Positions 19,596 to 27,281 of a stretch of 64,000 bases of DNA are shown one piece after another; the first letter of the stretch is position 1, and each line of letters starts with the position of its first letter. The notes under the pieces were generated by a model, which was not told where the DNA came from, did not search any database, and saw only the letters and a program-made list of their open reading frames with translations. Where the stretch lies: positions 38,458 through 102,457 of the forward strand of contig JBBRWD010000011.1 of assembly GCA_038249465.1 (NCBI GenBank), in the 5' to 3' direction. Made by a program: the position numbers and the translations under genes. Origin of the DNA: Limisphaerales bacterium. Lineage in GTDB: Bacteria > Verrucomicrobiota > Verrucomicrobiia > Limisphaerales > JBBRWD01.

Positions 19596-22192
19596 AGAGC
19601 ACCCTTCGATTTATTTATTTCGTGGCAATATCAGCGATTCCAGCCACTTCTTGTCTGGCGCAACCCGCCATTCCCGTCGCCTCGATTGGCATCATGGTTT
19701 CGCCCATGACGGTCAACATCGGGCAAACTTTCACCGTGACATGCCGACTCGACTCATACCGCGGCACGGCCGAAATCGACGGATACGCTTTCTCGGTCCC
19801 TTATGATGAAACAGCTTTTGCGCCGGTTCCCGGTTCGTTCTACCTTGGAGCAGCATCGGGGCCAGACATGCAGTTCCTGGCGAAAGCCAACCAAGAAACT
19901 GCCGTTGAAGGCTACATGTTGACGAATCAATGTGACGCCTCTCAGCCGGGCTTCGTTTATGTCACGGTTTCCGACCTTGGCCCGAGCAATCCTGAGCGGG
20001 GATCAACGGCTCAGAACGGGTTTCTCGTCTCCTTCCAGATGACTGCGCTTGCCCACGGAACACGGCAACTCTCGCCAACTCCCTACATTGACAATTCTGT
20101 ACTCTACAACACGTCGCTTCAGCCGGTGGGCACTGTCACCTTCGGCAGCGCCACTGTCATCGTTCCCAATCCCACCGCCGTAGTAGTTCAGGCGGCTGAT
20201 GCGAATGCAAGCGAGCCGGGCACAGACACGGGCATGTTCCTTTTCACCCGTACGGGTCCAACCAATGCGCCGCTCATTCTCCAATTCAGTATAGCGGGTA
20301 GCAGCGTCAACGGTTCGGACTATGCGCAGTTCAGTAATTCGGTATGGCTAGCGGCTGGCAGTGCAAGTGCTGCGCTTGTGGTTGCTCCGGTTGACGACGC
20401 GGAGATCGAGGGCGACGAAACGGTTACGCTTACCCTGCAATCGAGCAGGGACTATGACATCTCCGGCACGGGCACAGCGGCCGTCGTCATTCACGATGAC
20501 GAGAACCCGGCGCCGACGGTGGTCCTCACCAGTCCGCCCAATGGCACCATTTTCCCGCGGCAGACCAACATCACGCTGACGGCCACGGCAAGCGACGCCA
20601 ACGGATCCGTCACCAACGTCGAGTTCTTCAAGGACGGCACGATCAAACTCGGAGAAGATTCTTCGGCACCGTATAGCTTCACCTGGACCAATGCTCCAAC
20701 CGGCGTGCATGTGCTGAGCGCGCGGGCCACCGATAATCTCAACGCGACCGGCGACTCCGTGCCCATTGCCGTCATCGTGCGCGGTCCGCCCACGGTCGCC
20801 ATTACCAGCCCGACCAATGGGGCCAGCTTCGGTTCGACGGCGGGTATCTCTATCAATGCCACGGCCACAGACGCGGATGGAGTCATCACCTTTCTCGAAC
20901 TCGATCGGGATGGCGCGGTGTTTGCCGCGACCAATGGCGGGAATCTTTCCACGGTCTGGAGTAACGCGCCGGTCGGCAACTACACGCTGACGGCCCGCGC
21001 GAGTGATGACAACGGGCTGCTCGCCACTTCCGGGCCCGTCGCGATCACGGTGACGGCATCCGGACTGGCCGATATGTATGCCAGCCGGCCACGACTCAAT
21101 GGCTGCACCAACTCCGCCACGGGCAACAATTCAAGCTTCAGCAAGGAGGTCGGGGAACCCAATCACGCCGGCAGAGTGGGCGGTCATTCAGCCTGGGTTG
21201 CCTGGACGGCGCCGGTCAGCGGCACCTGCACGATGGATACGGAGGGGAGCGACTTCGACACGGTGCTGGCTGTTTATACGAACGCCCCTGGAACAGACAC
21301 GGTAAGCAATCTGCTCGTCGTGGCCTCCAATGACGATGCGGACACCGATGTCTGGTGGAGCCGCGTCGTGTTCAACGCCACCGCCGGCCGGACTTACGCC
21401 ATCGCTGTGGACGGCTACAACGCCTTGGCCATCGGAACCATCAACCTGCATATCGCTCTCCCCAACACCGCGCCGGTCATCACCGCCTCGCCGCAGAGCT
21501 TGGTGAGGGCTGTGGGGCAAACGGCGGCGTTTAGTGTCAGCGCGAGCGGCCCGCCGGTGTTGAACTACCAGTGGCGCCGCAACGGCACGAACCTGTCCGG
21601 CGCGACCGCGTCCACCCTCACGATCACCAATCTCCAAGAATCGCTCGCCGGCTATTACTCCGCAGTGGTCAGCAACAGCGGCGGCTCAGCGACCAGCGCC
21701 CCGGCCGTGCTGATGGTGCTGGCCGGGCCTGTGTTCACCGTTGTCCCGACAACGCAAGTCGTGGAACCGGGCGGCACCGCCACGTTTGCGGCCGGGGCGA
21801 CGGGCAGTGCTCCGCTGACCTATCAATGGAGCTTCAATGGCACCTTGATGCCCGGTGAGTACACCAGTTCCTTCACCCGCTACAATGCCCAGCATGCCGA
21901 CGGCGGAATCTACTCCGTGATGGTGGCCAACGCCGCCGGCAGCACGAACGCCGGCGCGGAACTCATCGTGTGCCCCGTCTTCACGAGCCTGACGTCATCC
22001 AACAACACGCTGCTGCTGAACTGGCATGGCACCACCGGCAAGGTCTATGTCATTGAAGGCACGACCAACCTGACTCCATCCTCGACCTCATGGACCACGC
22101 TTGGCACCGTGACGAACACCGCCTTGACCGGACAATTTCCGCTAGGTTTGACCAACGCGGCCCGGGTCATCCGGCTGCGGGTGGCGCCGTAA
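19592..22192 (+). CDS. secreted mosaic surface protein (cohesin-like, Calx-beta-like, two Ig-like, EPxH/FDT.LAVY/NDD beta-sandwich, two I-set Ig domains)
   Basis: The signal peptide 'MKSTLRFIYFVAISAIPATSCLAQP' starts at ATG 19592 (alternative start 19580). 'EPGTDTGMFLFTRTG...GSDY...VVAPVDDAEIEGDETVTLTL' is Calx-beta-like. 'PTVVLTSPPNGTIF..TATASDANGSVTNVEFF' and its repeat are Ig-like. 'PVITASPQSLVRAVGQTAAFSVSASGPPVLNYQWRRNGTNL' is I-set-like. Confidence 0.8.
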   Translation: MKSTLRFIYFVAISAIPATSCLAQPAIPVASIGIMVSPMTVNIGQTFTVTCRLDSYRGTAEIDGYAFSVPYDETAFAPVPGSFYLGAASGPDMQFLAKANQETAVEGYMLTNQCDASQPGFVYVTVSDLGPSNPERGSTAQNGFLVSFQMTALAHGTRQLSPTPYIDNSVLYNTSLQPVGTVTFGSATVIVPNPTAVVVQAADANASEPGTDTGMFLFTRTGPTNAPLILQFSIAGSSVNGSDYAQFSNSVWLAAGSASAALVVAPVDDAEIEGDETVTLTLQSSRDYDISGTGTAAVVIHDDENPAPTVVLTSPPNGTIFPRQTNITLTATASDANGSVTNVEFFKDGTIKLGEDSSAPYSFTWTNAPTGVHVLSARATDNLNATGDSVPIAVIVRGPPTVAITSPTNGASFGSTAGISINATATDADGVITFLELDRDGAVFAATNGGNLSTVWSNAPVGNYTLTARASDDNGLLATSGPVAITVTASGLADMYASRPRLNGCTNSATGNNSSFSKEVGEPNHAGRVGGHSAWVAWTAPVSGTCTMDTEGSDFDTVLAVYTNAPGTDTVSNLLVVASNDDADTDVWWSRVVFNATAGRTYAIAVDGYNALAIGTINLHIALPNTAPVITASPQSLVRAVGQTAAFSVSASGPPVLNYQWRRNGTNLSGATASTLTITNLQESLAGYYSAVVSNSGGSATSAPAVLMVLAGPVFTVVPTTQVVEPGGTATFAAGATGSAPLTYQWSFNGTLMPGEYTSSFTRYNAQHADGGIYSVMVANAAGSTNAGAELIVCPVFTSLTSSNNTLLLNWHGTTGKVYVIEGTTNLTPSSTSWTTLGTVTNTALTGQFPLGLTNAARVIRLRVAP

Positions 22193-22202
22193 GATGTCCT
22201 CG

Positions 22203-23228
22203 CTACTTGGCTGGCGTGTTCGCCACTGAATCGGGCAACTGCTCCGGCGCGAGCCGATACTTGTCCGCGAGCGTCTTGCCGAGTTCCAAGGCCCAGTATT
22301 CCTGGCCGATTTTGATGATGACGCGGCTGAACGATTTCATGGTGGGATCGCCCGCCCGAGGCAGGGGCCGGTCATCCACCATGGCAACCACGCCGCCCGC
22401 CAGGGAATCACCCGGAACAAAGCGGAGTGTTTTCTGATTCACCAGATCACGCACATGAACCTCGGCCTGACCGCCCCACTCGGAGAGCGAGACGATGCGG
22501 AAGCTTTCCGGCCCGGGCGGCGTCGTTCCATCCGGGGACGAGCCGGGAGCCGCCGGCGTGCTGCCGGGAGGCGGCGGGGGCGGCGGACGCTTGATGTACG
22601 GGCGCAACAGATCGCGCGTCACGAGTTCGTCGTAAGCCTTCCGCTGCGGGCTGTAGAGGGAGAACTGATGTTCGAGTTCCGCAAAATCCACCGTGGGCGC
22701 CGGGTCCACCACCAGCGTGAGATAGCGGAAACGCACCCGCACCATGCCGGGTGCATCGCCGGGCATGAGATTGATGCCTTCGACGCGATGCAGATACGGC
22801 GATTCCTGCGCGAGGAACAACAGGTCCACCACATCCGAAAGCCGCCCGTCGCCCTGCACGCTCCAGCCGATCTCGAAGGTCTTGAGCGCCGAGTGCAGGC
22901 GCCGCGGTCCGAACGGGGAGCGGCTGAAATCCGTCTCGCGCAGGCCGCTTTGCAGCACGAGGCGCGTCAGCATCTCGCCGGATTTCGCCAGCGCCTGGTC
23001 GGTGTTGGTCGAATAAGTCGCCTGCGTAAAGCCGCGCACCACGTCCTCGGCCGTGAAATATTCCCGGCGCTCGCCGCGAATCTTTTCGAGGACGCCGCGC
23101 GCCGCCGCGATCCGCTTGTCCTTTTCGCGCAGCGGCATGACCACCACCGAGCGGACCACGAAGCCAAGCAGGACCAGGCCGACGATGCCGCCGACAATCG
23201 CTGCGAGAATTTTTTCGCGCGCCTTCAC
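22203..23228 (-). CDS. PilO/GspM-like membrane protein fused through a poly-proline linker to a PilP/GspC-HR-like beta-domain
   Basis: The GTG start at 23228 overlaps the upstream stop (GTGA, 23225-23228). There is an N-terminal TM 'ILAAIVGGIVGLVLLGFVV' followed by a helical segment and 'LHRVEGINLMPGDAPGMVRVRFRYLTLVV'. The linker is 'KRPPPPPPPGSTPAAPGSSPDGTTPPGP'. The C-terminal segment 'FRIVSLSEWGGQAEVHVRDLVNQKTLRFVPGDSLAGGVVAMVDD' resembles PilP. Confidence 0.55.
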   Translation of the reverse strand: MKAREKILAAIVGGIVGLVLLGFVVRSVVVMPLREKDKRIAAARGVLEKIRGERREYFTAEDVVRGFTQATYSTNTDQALAKSGEMLTRLVLQSGLRETDFSRSPFGPRRLHSALKTFEIGWSVQGDGRLSDVVDLLFLAQESPYLHRVEGINLMPGDAPGMVRVRFRYLTLVVDPAPTVDFAELEHQFSLYSPQRKAYDELVTRDLLRPYIKRPPPPPPPGSTPAAPGSSPDGTTPPGPESFRIVSLSEWGGQAEVHVRDLVNQKTLRFVPGDSLAGGVVAMVDDRPLPRAGDPTMKSFSRVIIKIGQEYWALELGKTLADKYRLAPEQLPDSVANTPAK

Positions 23229-25108
23229 GAGCCGCCTCCCCTGCGCGCGGGCGGCGCGCCTTCGAGTGAAACATCATCGGCCGGGCGCGCGGGTGGATGG
23301 ACCTTGGCCAGATCCATCTTGAACTTTGCCGGAACGCTCAGTTCGACCGTGGACTTGAAATTGTACCCGTGCCGGTCGGCACCCGGCGTGACGGCCAGCG
23401 GCTTCACTTCATAGCCCGCGGCACGAAGTTGCTTGTCGAGCTTGGCGAGGATGGCGCCGCTCCTTGCCTGCACCGCGAGCGTGATGGTGCCCGAGTTGTT
23501 CACCGAGAATGAATCCAGATAAACCTCCTCGCTCGGCGGCAGGATCGCGCTCAGGTAGGCGCAGTGATCCAGCCAGTGACGTCCGTCGCCCACCCAATCG
23601 CGCAGCGTCGCCGCCTGCCGCACCATCATCCGGTAAAGCGGGCGCATCTTCTCCTCCTTGCGCACGTCCGCATTGATGGCGGCGATCTCGACATCTTTGC
23701 GCTTGAGCAACTGGGAGCGCACCGCCAGCAGAAAGATGATGGCCGCCGCCGCCGCCGCCGCGCCCATGAACAGGCGGATGCGCTTCATGTCGCGCTGCAC
23801 CGCCGGGCGCTTCGGTTTCAGGAAATCAAAGGGCAGCCCGTCGCGATCGAGCACGCCCAAGGCGAGTCCGAGCGCGGAGATGGCCCCCGCCGCCGGAGCC
23901 TCCATGAATGCCGGCAGGCTCAACGCGCGCATCGGATTGAGCCGCTGCACCGGCAGGTTCATTCTCTTCTCCAACGCCTCGACCACCGCATCCTCCATCC
24001 CCGTGTCGCCGGCCACCACGATTCGCGCCACCGTGTTCGCCGGATCCATGCCGCCAAAGCCGGTGAGGCTGCGCACGACCTCGATGGTGATGCGCTCGAC
24101 CGGAGTGGCGGGCACGGCGGGCGCGACGGGGGCCGCCGTGGACGCATCCGCTGCAACGGCTGCCGCCGTAGTCACCGCCTCTTCCGGAACCGGTGCGGTC
24201 GCTGGCGCTTCCACAGGCGGCGCCTCGGGCGCAGCCGTAACCGGCACAGGTTCCTCGTGAACCTGGATGGCGGCGTCGCGGCTGAAGAGCAGTGCGTCGC
24301 CGGCGATCACGTCGATGCTGACCTCGTTGGCGCGCAGCAGCACCAGGGCGAGCGCGCGCGATCCCTCCGCCAGGCGGCATGCTTCCACGCAGCGAACATT
24401 GGCGTAGGGGATCAAGCCGAGAGCCGCCACCTTGATTCCGGCAGCCTCCGCCATCGCGAGGTGAAAATCGACCACGTCGCGTTTGACCGCGGCGGCGAGC
24501 ACTTCAAGCTTTTTGCCGGCGGGAGCGGGCGCGGAACTGGCGGATTCCCCGGCGGCGGCGTGGTCCGCGTTCTCGACCGCCGGAGCGCTCGCGGCAATTT
24601 CGCGGTGAACCTTGAAATCAATCACCGCGTCGTCGGCCGGGAATGGCAGGTCGCGCCCGATCTGGAAGTGAACCAGCGAGGCCATTTCGCGCGCATCGCC
24701 GACGGCCGGGAGCATGAGCGCGCGCAGGACGACCGAGCCGCGCGGCACGCCCATGACCACCGAGGCGGGCTTGAGCCGGAGGCGATCGAGCGCGCGGGCC
24801 ATGGCGGCGCCGAGCACCGCAGGATCCGAGGCGTCCGCGTTGGGGGACAGGTCCAGCGCCTCGGTGACGACGCGCGTAATGGCGGGACCGGTCAGGCGCG
24901 GCGAGGCCTGCACGAGACGCAGCACGCCGCCGCTGACGTGCAGGGCGGTCACCGGCCCCTGCGGACGGACGCGGAATCGCTTGCGCCATTCCTTCCAGTC
25001 CAAACCGGCCATGGACAGAGTTTTTTTTGCGGGCTGGTCAACCATCTGGTTTTCTGGGATTCGACCGGGCATTTTGTCGGGAGCGCGGGTCGATGTCCAT
25101 GTTTCCAT
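23225..25108 (-). CDS. PilM-like (actin-fold) / PilN-like fusion protein (GspL-like architecture)
   Basis: 'VVMGVPRGSVVLRALMLP', 'EVSIDVIAGDALLFSRDAAI' and 'RIVVAGDTGMEDAVVEALEKRMNLPVQRLNP' follow the PilM layout. Next come 'PFDFLKPKR..' and the TM 'LFMGAAAAAAAIIFLLAV', a coiled segment, and 'VYLDSFSVNNSGTITLAVQARSGAILAKLDKQLRAAGYEV', which is PilN-like. In-frame ATGs at 25108, 25072, 25045 and 25012 are all verified, so the true start is uncertain. Confidence 0.7.
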   Translation of the reverse strand: METWTSTRAPDKMPGRIPENQMVDQPAKKTLSMAGLDWKEWRKRFRVRPQGPVTALHVSGGVLRLVQASPRLTGPAITRVVTEALDLSPNADASDPAVLGAAMARALDRLRLKPASVVMGVPRGSVVLRALMLPAVGDAREMASLVHFQIGRDLPFPADDAVIDFKVHREIAASAPAVENADHAAAGESASSAPAPAGKKLEVLAAAVKRDVVDFHLAMAEAAGIKVAALGLIPYANVRCVEACRLAEGSRALALVLLRANEVSIDVIAGDALLFSRDAAIQVHEEPVPVTAAPEAPPVEAPATAPVPEEAVTTAAAVAADASTAAPVAPAVPATPVERITIEVVRSLTGFGGMDPANTVARIVVAGDTGMEDAVVEALEKRMNLPVQRLNPMRALSLPAFMEAPAAGAISALGLALGVLDRDGLPFDFLKPKRPAVQRDMKRIRLFMGAAAAAAAIIFLLAVRSQLLKRKDVEIAAINADVRKEEKMRPLYRMMVRQAATLRDWVGDGRHWLDHCAYLSAILPPSEEVYLDSFSVNNSGTITLAVQARSGAILAKLDKQLRAAGYEVKPLAVTPGADRHGYNFKSTVELSVPAKFKMDLAKVHPPARPADDVSLEGAPPARRGGGS

Positions 25109-25203
25109 GCGGGTGGCACGGAGGATTCACCCCGGCGCGCACCCCGGACGAACAGCTTGGTGGACGAAGAAAATCAGCGGGAAATTCGATGCGTCGCCGC
25201 GCA

Positions 25204-25506
25204 TCACTCACCGCCAGCCAATGCGATCAAGACGAACGTGAGGGCTCCGGCTATCGCGCCGTAAGCGCCCCAACTCGGGCCGCCAAACGAGACGCCCGCA
25301 ACCATCGAGAGGAAGCGGGAAACTTGCGCGGCCATGAAACCCAACAGCAGACCGATGAATCCGCCGAGGACGGCCATGAGGATCACCTCGATCGGGCCAT
25401 CGTTGCTGGCAGCCATGCCGGAACCGCCAGACGGCATCAATCCCGTCCAGCCGCGCGACCAGGGCGGGTGCGCCTCGACGCTCTGTTTATCGGAGCTGGG
25501 TTTCAT
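25204..25506 (-). CDS. small hypothetical membrane protein
   Basis: This is a 100-aa ORF with two Gly/Ala-rich hydrophobic segments ('VILMAVLGGFIGLLLGFMAAQV', 'AYGAIAGALTFVLIALAGG'). I recognise no homology. It could be a chance ORF. Confidence 0.4.
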   Translation of the reverse strand: MKPSSDKQSVEAHPPWSRGWTGLMPSGGSGMAASNDGPIEVILMAVLGGFIGLLLGFMAAQVSRFLSMVAGVSFGGPSWGAYGAIAGALTFVLIALAGGE

Positions 25507-25548
25507 GGCGGTTGAAGCTACCCTTCAGAATTTATTTGGCAAGAGTTG

Positions 25549-25748
25549 GGCTGGGGGTGAGGTGGATGGGGCGCATCTCAACACTGCCCCCGAAGGCACG
25601 CGGGTTGGAGCGCTACGTTTACGTCGCTTCCTCGATCGAGAGACCGTCCGGCAATGCTTCGCCAACACGCATCGAACGCTGAAGCGGCCTCAAGGCCGCG
25701 CGCCGGGGGCAGGGCGCGGATGCGCCCGGCTGGGGGTGAGGTGGATGG
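25549..25748. mobile_element. MITE-like element, copy A (158-bp core at 25570-25727, flanked by a perfect 21-bp direct repeat)
   Basis: The core ends are 'GGCGCATCTCAACACTGCCCCCG' and 'CGGGGGCAGGGCGCGGATGCGCCC', which are imperfect terminal inverted repeats. 'GGCTGGGGGTGAGGTGGATGG' occurs at 25549-25569 and again at 25728-25748. The element is intergenic, between divergent genes. Confidence 0.7.
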
Positions 25749-25840
25749 CATGGCAGATTTCGGACTCGTCAGACTTTGCGGAGCATGGCAGGATTCGTTC
25801 GTGCCCTGCACGACCGAGGGGTCTGCCGGGTGAATGACCG

Positions 25841-27220
25841 ATGACACCGCGGCGAATCATCTTGATACTGGCGTCGCTGAACGCCGGGCTGCTCGCGACG
25901 ATTTTCGCGATGCTCCTGCTGTTCAAGGAACCGACCGTGCAAACCCACTTCGGCCCGCGCGTGCGCACCGCCACCAACACGGTCACCCAGGTGACCGTGC
26001 GCAAAATCAATGCGACCAATCTCCTTGCCGTCCTCGCGGGATTGCAGCAGCAGTTCAACTGGCGCAGCCTCGAATCCACCAATTACGTCGAATACATTGA
26101 CAAGCTCCGCGCCGTGGGCTGCCCCGAGGAAACCATCCGCGACATCATCATCGCCGATGTGGGGCGGCTCTTCGGCGAGCGGCGTGCGGTCTGGCGCGCC
26201 CAGGTGCCGCCGTTCAAATTCTGGGAGACGAGATCCCAGATCGACGCGCGCATCGGCCCCGGCTCCACGTATCAGCTACAAGTGGCGGCGCTCGACCGTG
26301 AAGAGCGGACGTTGATTCGTGAGTTGCTCGACGTCGATCTCGATACTGAACTGGCCCATTACACCGGCGGGGGCGAAATAGATTTCGAGGAAGCCTCCTT
26401 CGCCCCGGAGACCTCGGCAAAAGTCCGGCCGGTGCTCGACAAATACCGGCAACTCGAACAACAGGTGCTGGACAAAACCCGCGGGGTGATGATGGCCGGG
26501 GATGAGGCGCGTTTGCGGGAATTGCAGCGCCAGCGCGACGCCGAACTGGCGGGCATCCTCAGCCCGGAGGAACTGGAGGAATACCAGCTCCGCCACTCCG
26601 ACACCGCACAGACAATGCGCGCGCAGCTCGGCGGCTTCGAGCCGTCTGAGGATGAGTTTCGCAGAGTCTTCCGCCTGCAAAAAACCTTTGATGATGACAT
26701 CAAACAGGCCTTTGAGGGGCTGGATGGGGATAAGGTGGCCGAGATTCGAGCGCAGGTCATGTTCGACGGCCAGGCGGCTCTCGATGAGGAAATGAAGGAG
26801 ACTCTCGGCGAGAAGCGTTTCGCCGAATATCAGCGCGCCCAGGACAATGATTACCAGGCGTTGCTCCAGCTTTCCGACCGGCTCCCGGGCGGGCCGAAAC
26901 TGGCCAACCAGGTTTATGAATGGAAGGTCACGGCGCAACGGCAACGCGAGAAAGTCATGAGCAATCCCGCGCTGACCCATGAACAGCGGCGCGCGGCGCT
27001 CGCCGCCATCGCCACGGCCACGGCCAGCACGGTGGCCACGGCCATGGGTCAGGAGAACTTCCAATCCTACCGCGGCACCTACGGTTTGTGGCTGGAGGAT
27101 CTGGCGCAGGTGCCGCCGCCCCCGGAGCCAGAACCCGAACCGCCAACAATGCCTCCGGGCATCTTCCTGCCGCTGCCGCCATTCCCGCCGCCGGATGTGA
27201 ACCGGGTCATCCGCCAGTAA
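25841..27220 (+). CDS. hypothetical membrane-anchored protein, Glu/Arg-rich helical, with a Pro-rich C-terminus
   Basis: ATG at 25841 was verified. The N-terminal TM is 'IILILASLNAGLLATIFAMLLLF'. The coding-like composition is coherent throughout. The C-terminus reads 'PPPPEPEPEPPTMPPGIFLPLPPFPPP'. I recognise no family. Confidence 0.6.
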   Translation: MTPRRIILILASLNAGLLATIFAMLLLFKEPTVQTHFGPRVRTATNTVTQVTVRKINATNLLAVLAGLQQQFNWRSLESTNYVEYIDKLRAVGCPEETIRDIIIADVGRLFGERRAVWRAQVPPFKFWETRSQIDARIGPGSTYQLQVAALDREERTLIRELLDVDLDTELAHYTGGGEIDFEEASFAPETSAKVRPVLDKYRQLEQQVLDKTRGVMMAGDEARLRELQRQRDAELAGILSPEELEEYQLRHSDTAQTMRAQLGGFEPSEDEFRRVFRLQKTFDDDIKQAFEGLDGDKVAEIRAQVMFDGQAALDEEMKETLGEKRFAEYQRAQDNDYQALLQLSDRLPGGPKLANQVYEWKVTAQRQREKVMSNPALTHEQRRAALAAIATATASTVATAMGQENFQSYRGTYGLWLEDLAQVPPPPEPEPEPPTMPPGIFLPLPPFPPPDVNRVIRQ

Positions 27221-27281
27221 CGGAGAGTCCCGGCGCCGGCGTAAACCATCGGCGTTGCGAGGCTGAATCATTCTGACACCC

